Assembly (NCBI GenBank): GCA_035530515.1
Contig: DATKUO010000139.1
Span: forward strand, 1,917-65,916
Source of the DNA: Bacteroidales bacterium
GTDB lineage: Bacteria; Bacteroidota; Bacteroidia; Bacteroidales; VadinHA17
Direction: 5' to 3'
Length of the DNA stretch: 64,000 nucleotides
Shown one piece after another: positions 1 through 9,831 of this stretch (its first letter is position 1; every line of letters starts with the position of its first letter). The position numbers and the translations under genes are program-made. The notes below the pieces were generated by a model, which worked only from the letters and a program-made list of their open reading frames with translations, did no database searches and had not been told where the DNA came from.

Positions 1-188
1 TACCCTGGCTCCTTTATTCCATGCTGATTGAGCTGCTTCTGCTGCTATTTTTTCAACCATAATATTATCGGTTGAAAATGGCAAATGATAATTATGTGCT
101 TCAGTTGCCCCCCATGGCAAAACAGCTAATTCAATATCCTGATCTTTAATTGTTTTCCAGTTCGTCTCTGCTAAAATAAATGGCCTCA
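1..188 (-). CDS. creatininase (creatinine amidohydrolase) family protein, N-terminal part; gene runs off the window
   Basis: My own reverse translation from the ATG (complement of 186-188) gives MRPFILAETNWKTIKDQDIELAVLPWGATEAHNYHLPFSTDNIMVEK. The LPxGxxExHxxHLPxxTD pattern is the creatininase-family metal-binding signature. This ORF is not in the supplied track because it is truncated by the window edge. Confidence 0.65.
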
Positions 189-342
189 TTTTTTCAAATC
201 ATTTTATGGATATTACAAATAATAATTAAACCGGTATCAATTCACGGGAAACCGCTATGTACCGGATAATAAAAATAATAAATTTCTTCACATTTGGGAT
301 ATAATACCCTTTTATGTAAAATACCAGGGAGACAGGGTCTGG

Positions 343-654
343 CTATTTCATCGGTTTCTTAAGATGTTCTATCTCTTTATCCTTGGCAACAATCTCCTTT
401 TCAAGTTTACCAATACTCTCATTCAGTTTCTCAACCTTCCCATTAAGTTTAGTTATATCTTCCTTTAAACCGGCAATCTGCTTATTTAATTCGGCTTTAT
501 CTTCTTCAAGACCCTTAATAATAGGAGTATAAACTGATTTTGCATAAAACCAGGCAGTAAGGTATCCAATTATTGCTGCAACCAGGAGTAATGCAATTAT
601 TGTAATTACTGCTCCTGTAACAGATTGTGCGAGTAGAATATATAATAGCTTCAT
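343..654 (-). CDS. small membrane-anchored coiled-coil protein (LapA-like N-terminus), function unknown
   Basis: 103-aa ORF with a hydrophobic N-terminal ~35 aa followed by a heptad-like K/E-rich segment (KAELNKQIAGLKEDITKLNGKVEKLNESIGKLEKEI). It starts 1 nt after the stop of the upstream OmpA-like gene, so the two are probably co-translated. Confidence 0.6.
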   Translation of the reverse strand: MKLLYILLAQSVTGAVITIIALLLVAAIIGYLTAWFYAKSVYTPIIKGLEEDKAELNKQIAGLKEDITKLNGKVEKLNESIGKLEKEIVAKDKEIEHLKKPMK

Positions 655-655
655 A

Positions 656-1168
656 TTATTTCATTTTAATTGATATTTCTGTTCTTCTGTTCATTGCTCT
701 TCCCTCTTCTGTAAGGTAATCACCCAGAGGTTGACTCTCCCCTTTTGAGTCTGTATTAATATTTGCCAAAGGGATTCCCTTTTCAACCAGGTAATTTTTT
801 ATTATTTTGGCTCGATTGAGCCCAAGAGAATGATTATAATCCGTTGTGCCTACCAGATCGGTGTGGCCGGTAATTAAAAGATTGGATAATGGATATTTCT
901 CAAGCCAATTCTTTAACTCAGATATTCTGATATCAGTTTGCGGATCAGTCTTGAATTTTACTTTATCAAACTCAAAATAGATCATCAGGCTCGGTGGTAT
1001 TGACTCATTAAGCTGCGCTAAAGAATCTGCCACATTAGTTTGTAATTCATAGATTGATTGTACCGGAACCGGTTTCCCCATTGCAGGTAATACTTTATCG
1101 GTATAAAGCCATGCGGAAATAAAACACCAAATCACGAATACAACAAATCCGGTAATAAAAATTCTCAT
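656..1168 (-). CDS. OmpA family peptidoglycan-binding protein with N-terminal membrane anchor
   Basis: 170-aa ORF with an N-terminal TM segment (IFITGFVVFVIWCFISAWLY). The C-terminal OmpA_C-like motifs are ITGHTDLVGTTDYNHSLGLNRA and NRRTEISIK. Confidence 0.8.
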   Translation of the reverse strand: MRIFITGFVVFVIWCFISAWLYTDKVLPAMGKPVPVQSIYELQTNVADSLAQLNESIPPSLMIYFEFDKVKFKTDPQTDIRISELKNWLEKYPLSNLLITGHTDLVGTTDYNHSLGLNRAKIIKNYLVEKGIPLANINTDSKGESQPLGDYLTEEGRAMNRRTEISIKMK

Positions 1169-1291
1169 TTTAAGATTTGTTAAGTTACAGATCAGTTAAT
1201 TATCCTACAAGTTAGGAAATTATAATAGAATTAATGGTATCAAAATCAATAATAATTAATACACCCAACAGGTTGGGCAAATTAGTCCTAC

Positions 1292-2869
1292 TCAATGCAT
1301 AACCTCTCTGGTCTCCTCCAGATATAATCCATCCCTCGATAACAGGTGATCAAGATTGGCCAGTCCGTAAACAACAACCGCTGTAACTATTGAAGTATGA
1401 TTCTGGTATTCAGGGATACTCTTGTTATACATGTCACGCTCTGTATGCCATATTTCGCCATAGTTAAAATCGTACCCTTTCGTATCTGCAGTTCCAAAGC
1501 TGATTGCCGGAATCCCATTTTTCGCAAAATAAGCATGATCTGAGCCACCAGCTGATAGAGGTCTTGGTCTGGGAGGTGTTGTTCGTTTTTTAAGAGTAAA
1601 CGGGAAGTCGGGATTGATGCTGTTAAGGGGCTCGCAAACCTTTTCAAAATCATCGTACATAGCTTCAGGAACCGTAAGACTGTTAGCTACAGTTGGGCCA
1701 CCATCGCGGTTGAAATAATTAGATATTTTATCCCATCTGTTTTCATTCCTCTTAACCCAACTCTTCGACCCCCAGAGCCCAAACTCTTCACCTGCCCATA
1801 GACAAACGAGGATAGTACGTTTAGGCTTCCCGCCTGCAGCCATTATCAGACGTGCAGCTTCCATTGTAGGAGTAACTCCTGAACCATCATCAACACCACC
1901 GGTTGCAACATCAAATGCATCGAGATGACCACCCATCATAACATACTCATCCGGATACTTTGTTCCTCTGATAACTCCTATTACATTATGATATTTTACA
2001 GGGCCCATCTTAAAATGGTTTCTTATATCAAATTCCAGCAGAAAATACCTACGCTCCTTAACCATCTGCTCAATAATCTTGTATTGCCTTTCATCAAGCT
2101 TTATGTCAGGCACTGTAGGGAGAGACTCAAAAGTCATCTTCTCGACATTTTTTCTGTCATATAAAACCCTTATAGGCACAGATGCAGACTGAATGATTCC
2201 CAGTATTCCTGCCTCGCACATCTGCTTATAAAAAAGAGCCGGCTCCTCCTTTAAAGGTGTTGTTTCTTTGGGCTCCTGGTCAGGGTTACTTCTGTTCTCC
2301 CTCACGATCTCCCTGTTGGCCTTAGCTATTTCTTCATTTTCAGCAATCACCTTTGCCCTGATTGAATCGCCTTTTAACGAATAATCAACAGGCCAGCCGG
2401 TATTTGTGCCACCAATAAGTACCCAAGCTCCTTTAAGGGCTCCTTTCATGCGATCAAAGTCGGTCTGGGTTAGAGGCTCCTTCAAAACATGACCTCTTTG
2501 TACCCCTTTCGTTCCTGATGTATATGAGGGAGTGGCAAAATGCAGGTCCATACCGTTTTCACTTAACATACGTCCAAACCATGGACCACGATTAAATCCC
2601 ACCGGTAAGGTCCCAACTTCATCCATCTGAACTTCAATTCCCCATTTTCTGAACTGTGAGGCGCACCATTCACCTGCATTTTCATATGCATCCGATCCTA
2701 TTAATCTCCCTCCAAAACGGTTGGTAAGAACATCCAGATGGTTCATGGTCTGATTATCTGTTTTCCCAATCTCGATAATTGTACTTATTACCTTACTCTG
2801 CTGTGCCGATAATGTTGAAAAACAAAAAATAAGAAGAAGTAAAATTGAGGTGTAGTAACTTTTTGCCAT
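1292..2869 (-). CDS. M28 family metallopeptidase (secreted aminopeptidase-like)
   Basis: 525-aa ORF with a signal peptide (LLLLIFCFSTLSAQ). Zn-ligand regions typical of M28 are present: GGHLDAFDVATGGVDDGSG and WAGEEFGLWGS. Confidence 0.8.
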   Translation of the reverse strand: MAKSYYTSILLLLIFCFSTLSAQQSKVISTIIEIGKTDNQTMNHLDVLTNRFGGRLIGSDAYENAGEWCASQFRKWGIEVQMDEVGTLPVGFNRGPWFGRMLSENGMDLHFATPSYTSGTKGVQRGHVLKEPLTQTDFDRMKGALKGAWVLIGGTNTGWPVDYSLKGDSIRAKVIAENEEIAKANREIVRENRSNPDQEPKETTPLKEEPALFYKQMCEAGILGIIQSASVPIRVLYDRKNVEKMTFESLPTVPDIKLDERQYKIIEQMVKERRYFLLEFDIRNHFKMGPVKYHNVIGVIRGTKYPDEYVMMGGHLDAFDVATGGVDDGSGVTPTMEAARLIMAAGGKPKRTILVCLWAGEEFGLWGSKSWVKRNENRWDKISNYFNRDGGPTVANSLTVPEAMYDDFEKVCEPLNSINPDFPFTLKKRTTPPRPRPLSAGGSDHAYFAKNGIPAISFGTADTKGYDFNYGEIWHTERDMYNKSIPEYQNHTSIVTAVVVYGLANLDHLLSRDGLYLEETREVMH

Positions 2870-2962
2870 TTTTTAGTGTGTTAAAATTTGCCTGACAGAT
2901 AATACAATTACAAGTTAAAAGCAAACTCTGAAGCGAGGATAAAATTCTTATTCCGGGTTTAA

Positions 2963-4198
2963 TCAAAATTGATAAATCGTACTCAGAAGGATTCTTAAAT
3001 TACTGACATTATTTGTGTTGGTAACCTTGCCACTGGTTTGCATTGTTCCATATGCTGCTGTTGTACTTTCAATTTCAGCTGCAAAAGTTAATCGCCCTTC
3101 CGTAAAAGTTACACGAGGAGAGACTCTGAACAAATGATCAATGTTATTTCCACGACCATATACAGCTCCAGTGATTTCTTCGCTGGCTCCAAGGTTTTTA
3201 CTAAAGCCTGTAAAGAGACCAAATGCTACTTTCTTCCCATTAGTGTTCATATCAGCCCAGAAATTAGCAGTATTCAAATTGGTATAGGTTTTAATCTGGC
3301 TAACAGAGTTTGTTCCGGAAACTGCATATCCTCCTATCATGACAAGGTCGCTTGCATTCTGACCATAGACTCCCATTACTGAGAGATTAACAGGACTCGT
3401 CTTAATTTTTACATTTGCATAAGCTGAAAAGCTGCCGATGGTTGCATCAGTTTCAAAATTTGCAGTTGTAACGAGCTCCGGTCTTAGTTTTTTATAATCA
3501 ACTCCTGCCCATCCTGTTATAACATCTCCCACCGGAATACGTGCCTGTAGATCAAAGCCAGGTAATCCGCTGTTGCGTAAATAACTGTTACTACTTCCAA
3601 AGGGACCTGAAGAGGTGAAATCACGTTGAGCGTATGCTGTAAGCAAGAGACTAATATCTCCAAGTTTCCTGGTAACTCTGACTTGCGGGTTTCGGCTGAA
3701 TGGAGTAAAGGGAGCCCCCGTATTAAAACTTAAGGTTAACGGATAGCTTTCAACAGGAAACATAGGATGCCAGTTCTGTCCAATAAGAAGTGAAGTATTG
3801 GACCAGTCCAGTTTAACAAAAGCATGCCGCAGTCTAAATCCATTAATATCGCTTTCGCTTGTGCCAAAAAATTCTGCCTCAATCCCTCCTGAAGTTTTTG
3901 CACCAAATGCATCTGGCCCACTAATAACTCCCTTAAGGCGTGTTTGAATATTAAGTATATGAAATTTTGGATTGTCATTTATATCATTCCCGGCTGCATC
4001 AAGAAGCACATTATCAGGGAAAAGGTAAAAATGTCCTTCCCTCAAACCATTTGCTGTACTTGATTGTCTCGTATCACGCAATATATCAGTCTTTACAAAA
4101 CCCGAAAATACAATCCCAAAATTCTGATCTTCCTTATTGTCCTGAGCACTAACTGATAAGGAAACAGCAAGTAAGAATACAATTACTAGTTTTTTCAT
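2963..4198 (-). CDS. outer-membrane beta-barrel protein (porin-like)
   Basis: 411-aa ORF with a signal peptide ending SVSAQ, alternating amphipathic strands throughout and a C-terminal aromatic residue (..STIYQF). No specific family could be recognised by eye. Confidence 0.6.
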   Translation of the reverse strand: MKKLVIVFLLAVSLSVSAQDNKEDQNFGIVFSGFVKTDILRDTRQSSTANGLREGHFYLFPDNVLLDAAGNDINDNPKFHILNIQTRLKGVISGPDAFGAKTSGGIEAEFFGTSESDINGFRLRHAFVKLDWSNTSLLIGQNWHPMFPVESYPLTLSFNTGAPFTPFSRNPQVRVTRKLGDISLLLTAYAQRDFTSSGPFGSSNSYLRNSGLPGFDLQARIPVGDVITGWAGVDYKKLRPELVTTANFETDATIGSFSAYANVKIKTSPVNLSVMGVYGQNASDLVMIGGYAVSGTNSVSQIKTYTNLNTANFWADMNTNGKKVAFGLFTGFSKNLGASEEITGAVYGRGNNIDHLFRVSPRVTFTEGRLTFAAEIESTTAAYGTMQTSGKVTNTNNVSNLRILLSTIYQF

Positions 4199-4354
4199 TT
4201 TTCCATAATATTATTAATGATCATTGTTTAAAGCTTATGTAGAATTATCTATTTATGTCATTAAAAAAACATCCACCAGAAATGATTGCCAATTGTACAA
4301 AAATAAATGCCAGGATTCAAAATAGGATATCTGTATTCGGGAACAGATCTCCCA

Positions 4355-4786
4355 TCAGGAAGACATTTTTTTAAACTTTTTAAGCAATTTGTCCTCATCT
4401 TCCCCATTTGCTACACCTTCCAGGAGAAGATTGATAAGACCCTCAATTACATCATCGTTAAAACCTGCAGTAACAGCATATCTTCTCATTATTTTCTTCT
4501 CCGAATCTGTAACTACATCATCTGCAAGTATCATTTCAGCAATGTTGTAAATCTGGTCAAATTTATCATTAAGACTATAAGGTGGATGATAATGATCATG
4601 GCTCTCCGAATCTATTAGTTTCTCAATCTCCGGATCGGTCAGCCCAAATTTCCTGCCCTCTTTGTGAAGCAACTCCATCTCTGACTTGCTAATTGAACCA
4701 TCAATCATAGAAACCTGAATAAGGTGGATATAATGCTCCTTGTTTACCCTTTTACCATTATGAGTAATAAAGTCTGAAAAATTCAT
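4355..4786 (-). CDS. TerB-like (tellurite-resistance TerB family) helical protein
   Basis: 143-aa acidic helical ORF with two repeated D-x-x-x-x-SEKE/SEME-like segments (DGSISKSEMELL and DDVVTDSEKKIM), as in TerB-fold proteins. The assignment is from pattern memory only. Confidence 0.45.
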   Translation of the reverse strand: MNFSDFITHNGKRVNKEHYIHLIQVSMIDGSISKSEMELLHKEGRKFGLTDPEIEKLIDSESHDHYHPPYSLNDKFDQIYNIAEMILADDVVTDSEKKIMRRYAVTAGFNDDVIEGLINLLLEGVANGEDEDKLLKKFKKMSS

Positions 4787-5027
4787 ATAAATTATTTTAA
4801 ATTACTGAATCACTGTCTATTATAAATTGTATTTCATGATCCTAACTTTAGAATCAATCCTTTAAAATATGACAGCAAGGTATTAATAAATTTGATTTTT
4901 TTATTCATAATAAATGTTAGTTAATAAAATAATAATATCGTTGTATCATGTTTTATAAAGGGAATAAATTTCATACTTTAACTGTCAAAATACAAAAGCT
5001 TTATTTATCCACTAATACGCAAGAAAA

Positions 5028-5696
5028 ATGAAAACTCTGAATAATTCTGGACTAATAATTTGTTTGCTTATTGGGGCATCAATATTTCAGGCGCCAATAA
5101 TGGCGCAAACATCTAAAGAAAATACTGTCCTTGACGAAAAAGTGAAAAAGTTTCTCTCTGATCATTCACGTCAATGGTATGATATGAATGTCCCGGCAGT
5201 TGACGGACAATTACTTTATGATCTTATTATTAAAGGTAATTATAAAAACGCACTGGAAATTGGCACTTCTACGGGCCACTCAGGAATCTGGATCGCCTGG
5301 GCTCTCAGCAAAACAGGAGGTAAGCTTATTACAATCGACATTGATGAGAGAAGGCATAAAACTGCTGTTGAAAACTTCAAACAAGCCGGTTTATCAGAAT
5401 ATATTGATGCCAGGCTTGCAGATGCCCATTCACTGGTAAAGGAACTTAAAGGACCATTTGATTTTGTCTTCAGTGATGCGGATAAAAACTGGTATAAAAA
5501 TTATTTTATAGATGCTGATCCTAAACTTATTGTTGGAGGATGTTTTACGGCTCACAATATTTCCTCCGGTGGTAGAGGATATGGCAGTGGACAGGCCATA
5601 TTCCTTGAATATATAAAGAGTATGAAAAACTATGAGACCACAGTTAATACTTCAGGCGGAGGATTATCCATAAGCTATAAAAGAGCTGAAAAGTAA
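5028..5696 (+). CDS. class I SAM-dependent O-methyltransferase (family 3, caffeoyl-CoA OMT-like) with predicted signal peptide
   Basis: 222-aa ORF. Motif I is ALEIGTSTGHSG, and GKLITIDID, DARLADA and FDFVFSDADK match the OMT family 3 layout. The N-terminus LIICLLIGASIFQAPIMAQ looks like a Sec signal. Confidence 0.7.
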   Translation: MKTLNNSGLIICLLIGASIFQAPIMAQTSKENTVLDEKVKKFLSDHSRQWYDMNVPAVDGQLLYDLIIKGNYKNALEIGTSTGHSGIWIAWALSKTGGKLITIDIDERRHKTAVENFKQAGLSEYIDARLADAHSLVKELKGPFDFVFSDADKNWYKNYFIDADPKLIVGGCFTAHNISSGGRGYGSGQAIFLEYIKSMKNYETTVNTSGGGLSISYKRAEK

Positions 5697-5708
5697 TATC
5701 TCCTGAAT

Positions 5709-7058
5709 ATGACAGACGATAATCTCCAGAGGAAGCTGGGACTCTTCCCTGTTACTAACATTGTAGTAGCCAATATGATCGGGGCAGGAATATTTACCAC
5801 TTCTGGTCTTCTTATGGCAGGGCTTAACAATCCCTTGTTAATGCTGGCACTCTGGGTAGCAGGAGGAATTATTGCACTTTGCGGAGCTCTATCGTATGGA
5901 GAGCTGGGAGCAGCAATGCCAGGAGCAGGAGGTGAATATCTTTTTCTCTCAAGACTATATCATCCAATATTTGGCTTCCTGAGTGGATGGGTATCATTTA
6001 TTGTCGGATTCTCTGCACCAATTGCGGCTTCAGCAATGGGTTTCAGTGAATATTTCTGCAGGGCATTGCCAATAATCCCTTTCTGGTTCGAAAATGAAGG
6101 GATCATGAGCCCTGTTGTCACCAAAACATTTCTTTCAGTTACAGTCATCCTGATTTTCACGTTCATTCATTACCGAGGAATAAAATCAGGTGCCCGTGTA
6201 CAGAATATACTCACAATAATGAAAATAGCACTCATAGTGTTACTGTTGCTGGCAGGGTTCCTTTCCGGAAAGGGAGATATGAGTAACTTCAGTTCAGGAG
6301 GCGGGGTCTCTTCAGGATTTGCCGGGTGGAAGACTATCGGTCTTTCTTTAATGTGGATTATGTTTGCCTACAGCGGGTGGAATGCCTCAACTTATCTTGG
6401 AGCCGAAATTAAGAATCCGTCAAAAATACTACCCCGGTCTCTCATTTACGGAACCGGAATAGTAATATTTCTTTACCTGAGTATCAACATATTGTATGTG
6501 TATGGGATCAACCCGGAGGAGATGAAAGGTGTAATTTCAATCGGAGGACTTGTTATGGGAAAATTATTTGGACAATCTGCCGATAATTTATTTTCACTTT
6601 TAATCGCCTTTGCCCTCTTTTCATCTCTTAGTGCTTTTATTATTATCGGACCAAGAGTTTATTATTCAATGGCCAAAGACGGATTATTCTTCAAAGCTGT
6701 AGCAAAGATCCATCCAAAATTTCAGGTACCTTCAAACTCAATTATACTTCAAAGCGCTATTGCCATTGTTCTCACACTATCCGGAACTTTCGAACAGGTT
6801 CTTACCTACATGGGATTTGCACTGGGCATATTTCCGATACTTACAGTGATAGGTGTTGTTAAACTTAGAAAAGACAGCCCCTTAGCACTCAGGTTACCAG
6901 GATATCCTTATACCCAAATATTATATATAACAACCGGAGTGCTTATTTTAGTTCTCGCATTTCTTGAAAGACCAATGGAATCAGCAATTGCATCAATTAC
7001 GGTGCTTGTAGGGATTCCTGCTTATTACATTTTCAAAAAGACTCGTAACCAAGGTTAA
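5709..7058 (+). CDS. APC family amino acid permease
   Basis: 449-aa ORF with about 12 hydrophobic segments. The N-terminal signature VANMIGAGIFTTSG is typical of the amino acid/polyamine/organocation superfamily. Confidence 0.8.
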   Translation: MTDDNLQRKLGLFPVTNIVVANMIGAGIFTTSGLLMAGLNNPLLMLALWVAGGIIALCGALSYGELGAAMPGAGGEYLFLSRLYHPIFGFLSGWVSFIVGFSAPIAASAMGFSEYFCRALPIIPFWFENEGIMSPVVTKTFLSVTVILIFTFIHYRGIKSGARVQNILTIMKIALIVLLLLAGFLSGKGDMSNFSSGGGVSSGFAGWKTIGLSLMWIMFAYSGWNASTYLGAEIKNPSKILPRSLIYGTGIVIFLYLSINILYVYGINPEEMKGVISIGGLVMGKLFGQSADNLFSLLIAFALFSSLSAFIIIGPRVYYSMAKDGLFFKAVAKIHPKFQVPSNSIILQSAIAIVLTLSGTFEQVLTYMGFALGIFPILTVIGVVKLRKDSPLALRLPGYPYTQILYITTGVLILVLAFLERPMESAIASITVLVGIPAYYIFKKTRNQG

Positions 7059-7137
7059 TTAAAACCATGTACTGATACAAAATAGGTCTGTCTTTTACTC
7101 CGTACCATATTTGATCTCAAAAGATAATGGTCCTTAC

Positions 7138-8649
7138 TTAATATTTACCGATAACAGAAAGTCCTTTGTCAATACGCTTAAGTGTCTCCTCCTTCCCGAT
7201 CCAGCTTATTATATCAAACATACGAGGGCCTCTCAATGTACCAACAATTACAAGTCTGAAAACATTCATAATTGCCCCGGTATTATATCCTTTATCCATA
7301 ATCCATTTTTTAACAACAGGTTCGGTTCTGACAGCTTCAAAGTCATCCATCTTTTCAAGCAAAGATCTTAATTCCAATAGAAGGCTTAACGAGTCCTCTT
7401 TCCATCTTTTCTTAATTACCTCCTGATCATATGTTTCCGGAGCCTTAAAAAAGAAATCCGTCTGTTCCCATATATCTTTTACAAAACTAACCCTTTCTTT
7501 TACCAGGCTGATAAGTACTTCAAGTCGAACAATGTCAATATGATATCCCTGAGCTCTCAGAAATTCCCTTAATTCAAGTGCAAGCTGATTATTACTCCTT
7601 TTCTGAAGATATTGATGATTAAACCACTTCGCCTTTTCAGGGTCAAAACGCGAACCTGACTTACCTACTCTATCGATAGAGAATGCTTCCGTCAGCTCCT
7701 TTATGGAAAAAATTTCCTGCTCTGTACCCGGGTTCCACCCCAGTAATGCAAGCATATTGACAAATGCATCCGGGTAATATCCCTCTTCCCGGTATCCTTT
7801 TGCTGTTTCTCCGTATGGCCAGAAGAGAGGAAATACCGGAAAACCCATTTTGTCACCGTCACGTTTGCTTAATTTACCTTTCCCATCAGGTTTCAGAAGT
7901 AAAGGGAGGTGAGCAAAATGTGGAGGATCCCAACCATAAGAACGATAAACCATAACGTGAAGAGGCAGTGAAGGGAGCCACTCTTCTCCCCTTATTACAT
8001 GACTTATCTTCATTAAATGATCATCGACAATGTTAGCCAGATGATAAGTTGGCATGCCATCTGATTTAAACAGAACCTTATCATCGAGTGTGCTGGTGTT
8101 TACTACAATGTTACCACGGATAATGTCGTCAAAATGAATATCCTCATTATGCGGCATCTTATATCGTATTACGTAAGGCTCACCCCTCGTAAGTTTTTCC
8201 TTCCAGACTGCTTCCTGTATAGAGACCGAATTGTCCAGAGATTCTCTTGTAGCTGCATTATAAATAAATGTCTGGCCTGCATTTTCTGATTTTCTTCTTA
8301 AGCTTTCAAGTTGTTCAGGAGTATCAAAAGCATAATATGCATCACCACTATCTACAAGGATATCAGCGTATTGCCTGTAAATTTCTTTTCTGTCAATCTG
8401 CCTGTAAGGGCCATAATCTCCGCCCTCATTAATTCCCTCATCAACAATTATCCCGCACCAATTCAAGGATTCCATAATATACTTTTCAGCTCCTTCGACA
8501 AATCTTGCCTTATCGGTGTCTTCAATCCGTAAAATAAATAGACCATCATTTTTTTTTGCAAAAAGATAGTTGTACAGGGCTGTCCTTACACCACCAATAT
8601 GTAAAGGGCCTGTCGGACTTGGTGCAAAACGAACTCTTACTTGTGCCAT
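7138..8649 (-). CDS. gltX: glutamate--tRNA ligase
   Basis: 503-aa ORF. The class I aaRS HIGH region is RFAPSPTGPLHIGGVRTALYNY and the KMSKS-equivalent is KLSKRDG. Length and layout fit GltX. Confidence 0.95.
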   Translation of the reverse strand: MAQVRVRFAPSPTGPLHIGGVRTALYNYLFAKKNDGLFILRIEDTDKARFVEGAEKYIMESLNWCGIIVDEGINEGGDYGPYRQIDRKEIYRQYADILVDSGDAYYAFDTPEQLESLRRKSENAGQTFIYNAATRESLDNSVSIQEAVWKEKLTRGEPYVIRYKMPHNEDIHFDDIIRGNIVVNTSTLDDKVLFKSDGMPTYHLANIVDDHLMKISHVIRGEEWLPSLPLHVMVYRSYGWDPPHFAHLPLLLKPDGKGKLSKRDGDKMGFPVFPLFWPYGETAKGYREEGYYPDAFVNMLALLGWNPGTEQEIFSIKELTEAFSIDRVGKSGSRFDPEKAKWFNHQYLQKRSNNQLALELREFLRAQGYHIDIVRLEVLISLVKERVSFVKDIWEQTDFFFKAPETYDQEVIKKRWKEDSLSLLLELRSLLEKMDDFEAVRTEPVVKKWIMDKGYNTGAIMNVFRLVIVGTLRGPRMFDIISWIGKEETLKRIDKGLSVIGKY

Positions 8650-8795
8650 ATAATGGTTGAATCAGTTTAAAATATGTTGTAAAGATAAGCAAACCTGATT
8701 ACATAAAATACTATTACAAAAATCAGGCTTTGAATAGTGGAATTGTATTAATTTAGTAGTTTAATAAAACTTAAAGATTAATAAAACGGACCTTT

Positions 8796-9830
8796 ATGGA
8801 GAAGATGAAAGCTCTTGTGAAAGCCAGGCCTGAGAAAGGCCTCTGGATGAAAGAAGTTCCTATCCCGGAACCGGGGCTTAATGATGTAATAATAAAAGTT
8901 AAGAAGTCTGCAATATGCGGAACTGATCTGCATATCTATGAATGGGATTCATGGTCGCAAAGGACCATCCGTACTCCAATGGTAATTGGTCATGAGTACA
9001 TGGGGCATATTGAAAAAATGGGTGCAGGAGTAACCAATCTCAAAATTGGTGAAAGAGTTACCGGGGAAGGCCATCTGGCTTGTGGCCATTGCCGCAACTG
9101 CCGCCGTGGAAAAGAGCATGTATGCGAAAATACCATCGGTATCGGAGTTCACATAGATGGATCATTTGCTGAGTATGTAAAAATTCCTGCCGTAAATGTA
9201 ATACCTCTCGACCCGAGAATTCCCGATGAATGGGCTGCAATCATGGATCCTTTTGGCAATGCAACCCATACAGCTTTGTCATTTCCACTCCTTGGTGAAG
9301 ATGTTCTGATTACCGGGTCCGGACTTATTGGAAGTATGGCTGTCGGTATTGCAAAATTTGCAGGAGCAAGATTTATTGTTGCCAGCGATCTAAGTGATTA
9401 CCGCCTCGATATTGCAAAAAAAATGGGAGCAACTATAACTGTCAACCCCTCGAAAGGAGAAAAGATCACTGATGCTGTTAAAAAGCTTGGTATGAGAGGA
9501 TTTGATATCGGACTTGAGATGTCGGGTTCACCAAAAGCATTCGTAGATATGATCAATAATATGTACAATGGATCAAGTATATCATTGCTGGGAATACTGC
9601 CATCAAACTTCGAGGTTCCCTGGAGTGATATTATCTTTAAGGCAATTACTCTTAAAGGTATATATGGTCGTGAAATGTGGGAAACATGGTATAAAATGGA
9701 ACAGATGATCATAGGAGGAATAGATCTGAGCCCTGTTATCACACATCGTTTCTCTATTGACGACTTTCAGAAAGGATTTGATATAATGGAGGAAGGAAAT
9801 TGCGGAAAAGTCATTCTTAACTGGGATTAA
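8796..9830 (+). CDS. tdh: L-threonine 3-dehydrogenase
   Basis: 344-aa Zn-dependent MDR ORF with catalytic-Zn motif GHEYMGHI and structural-Zn cluster CGHCRNCRRGKEHVC. It lies directly upstream of kbl, the classical tdh-kbl threonine catabolic pair. Confidence 0.9.
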   Translation: MEKMKALVKARPEKGLWMKEVPIPEPGLNDVIIKVKKSAICGTDLHIYEWDSWSQRTIRTPMVIGHEYMGHIEKMGAGVTNLKIGERVTGEGHLACGHCRNCRRGKEHVCENTIGIGVHIDGSFAEYVKIPAVNVIPLDPRIPDEWAAIMDPFGNATHTALSFPLLGEDVLITGSGLIGSMAVGIAKFAGARFIVASDLSDYRLDIAKKMGATITVNPSKGEKITDAVKKLGMRGFDIGLEMSGSPKAFVDMINNMYNGSSISLLGILPSNFEVPWSDIIFKAITLKGIYGREMWETWYKMEQMIIGGIDLSPVITHRFSIDDFQKGFDIMEEGNCGKVILNWD

Positions 9831-9831
9831 A

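Noticed and set aside
343-1168. Zorya- or Mot-like stator (OmpA-like PG-binding subunit plus coiled-coil partner) as a possible defence or motor module
   Set aside because: There is no MotA/ZorA/ExbB-type multi-TM proton-channel partner and no associated nuclease or ATPase genes. The coiled-coil protein is only 103 aa. The evidence does not support anything beyond an envelope protein pair.
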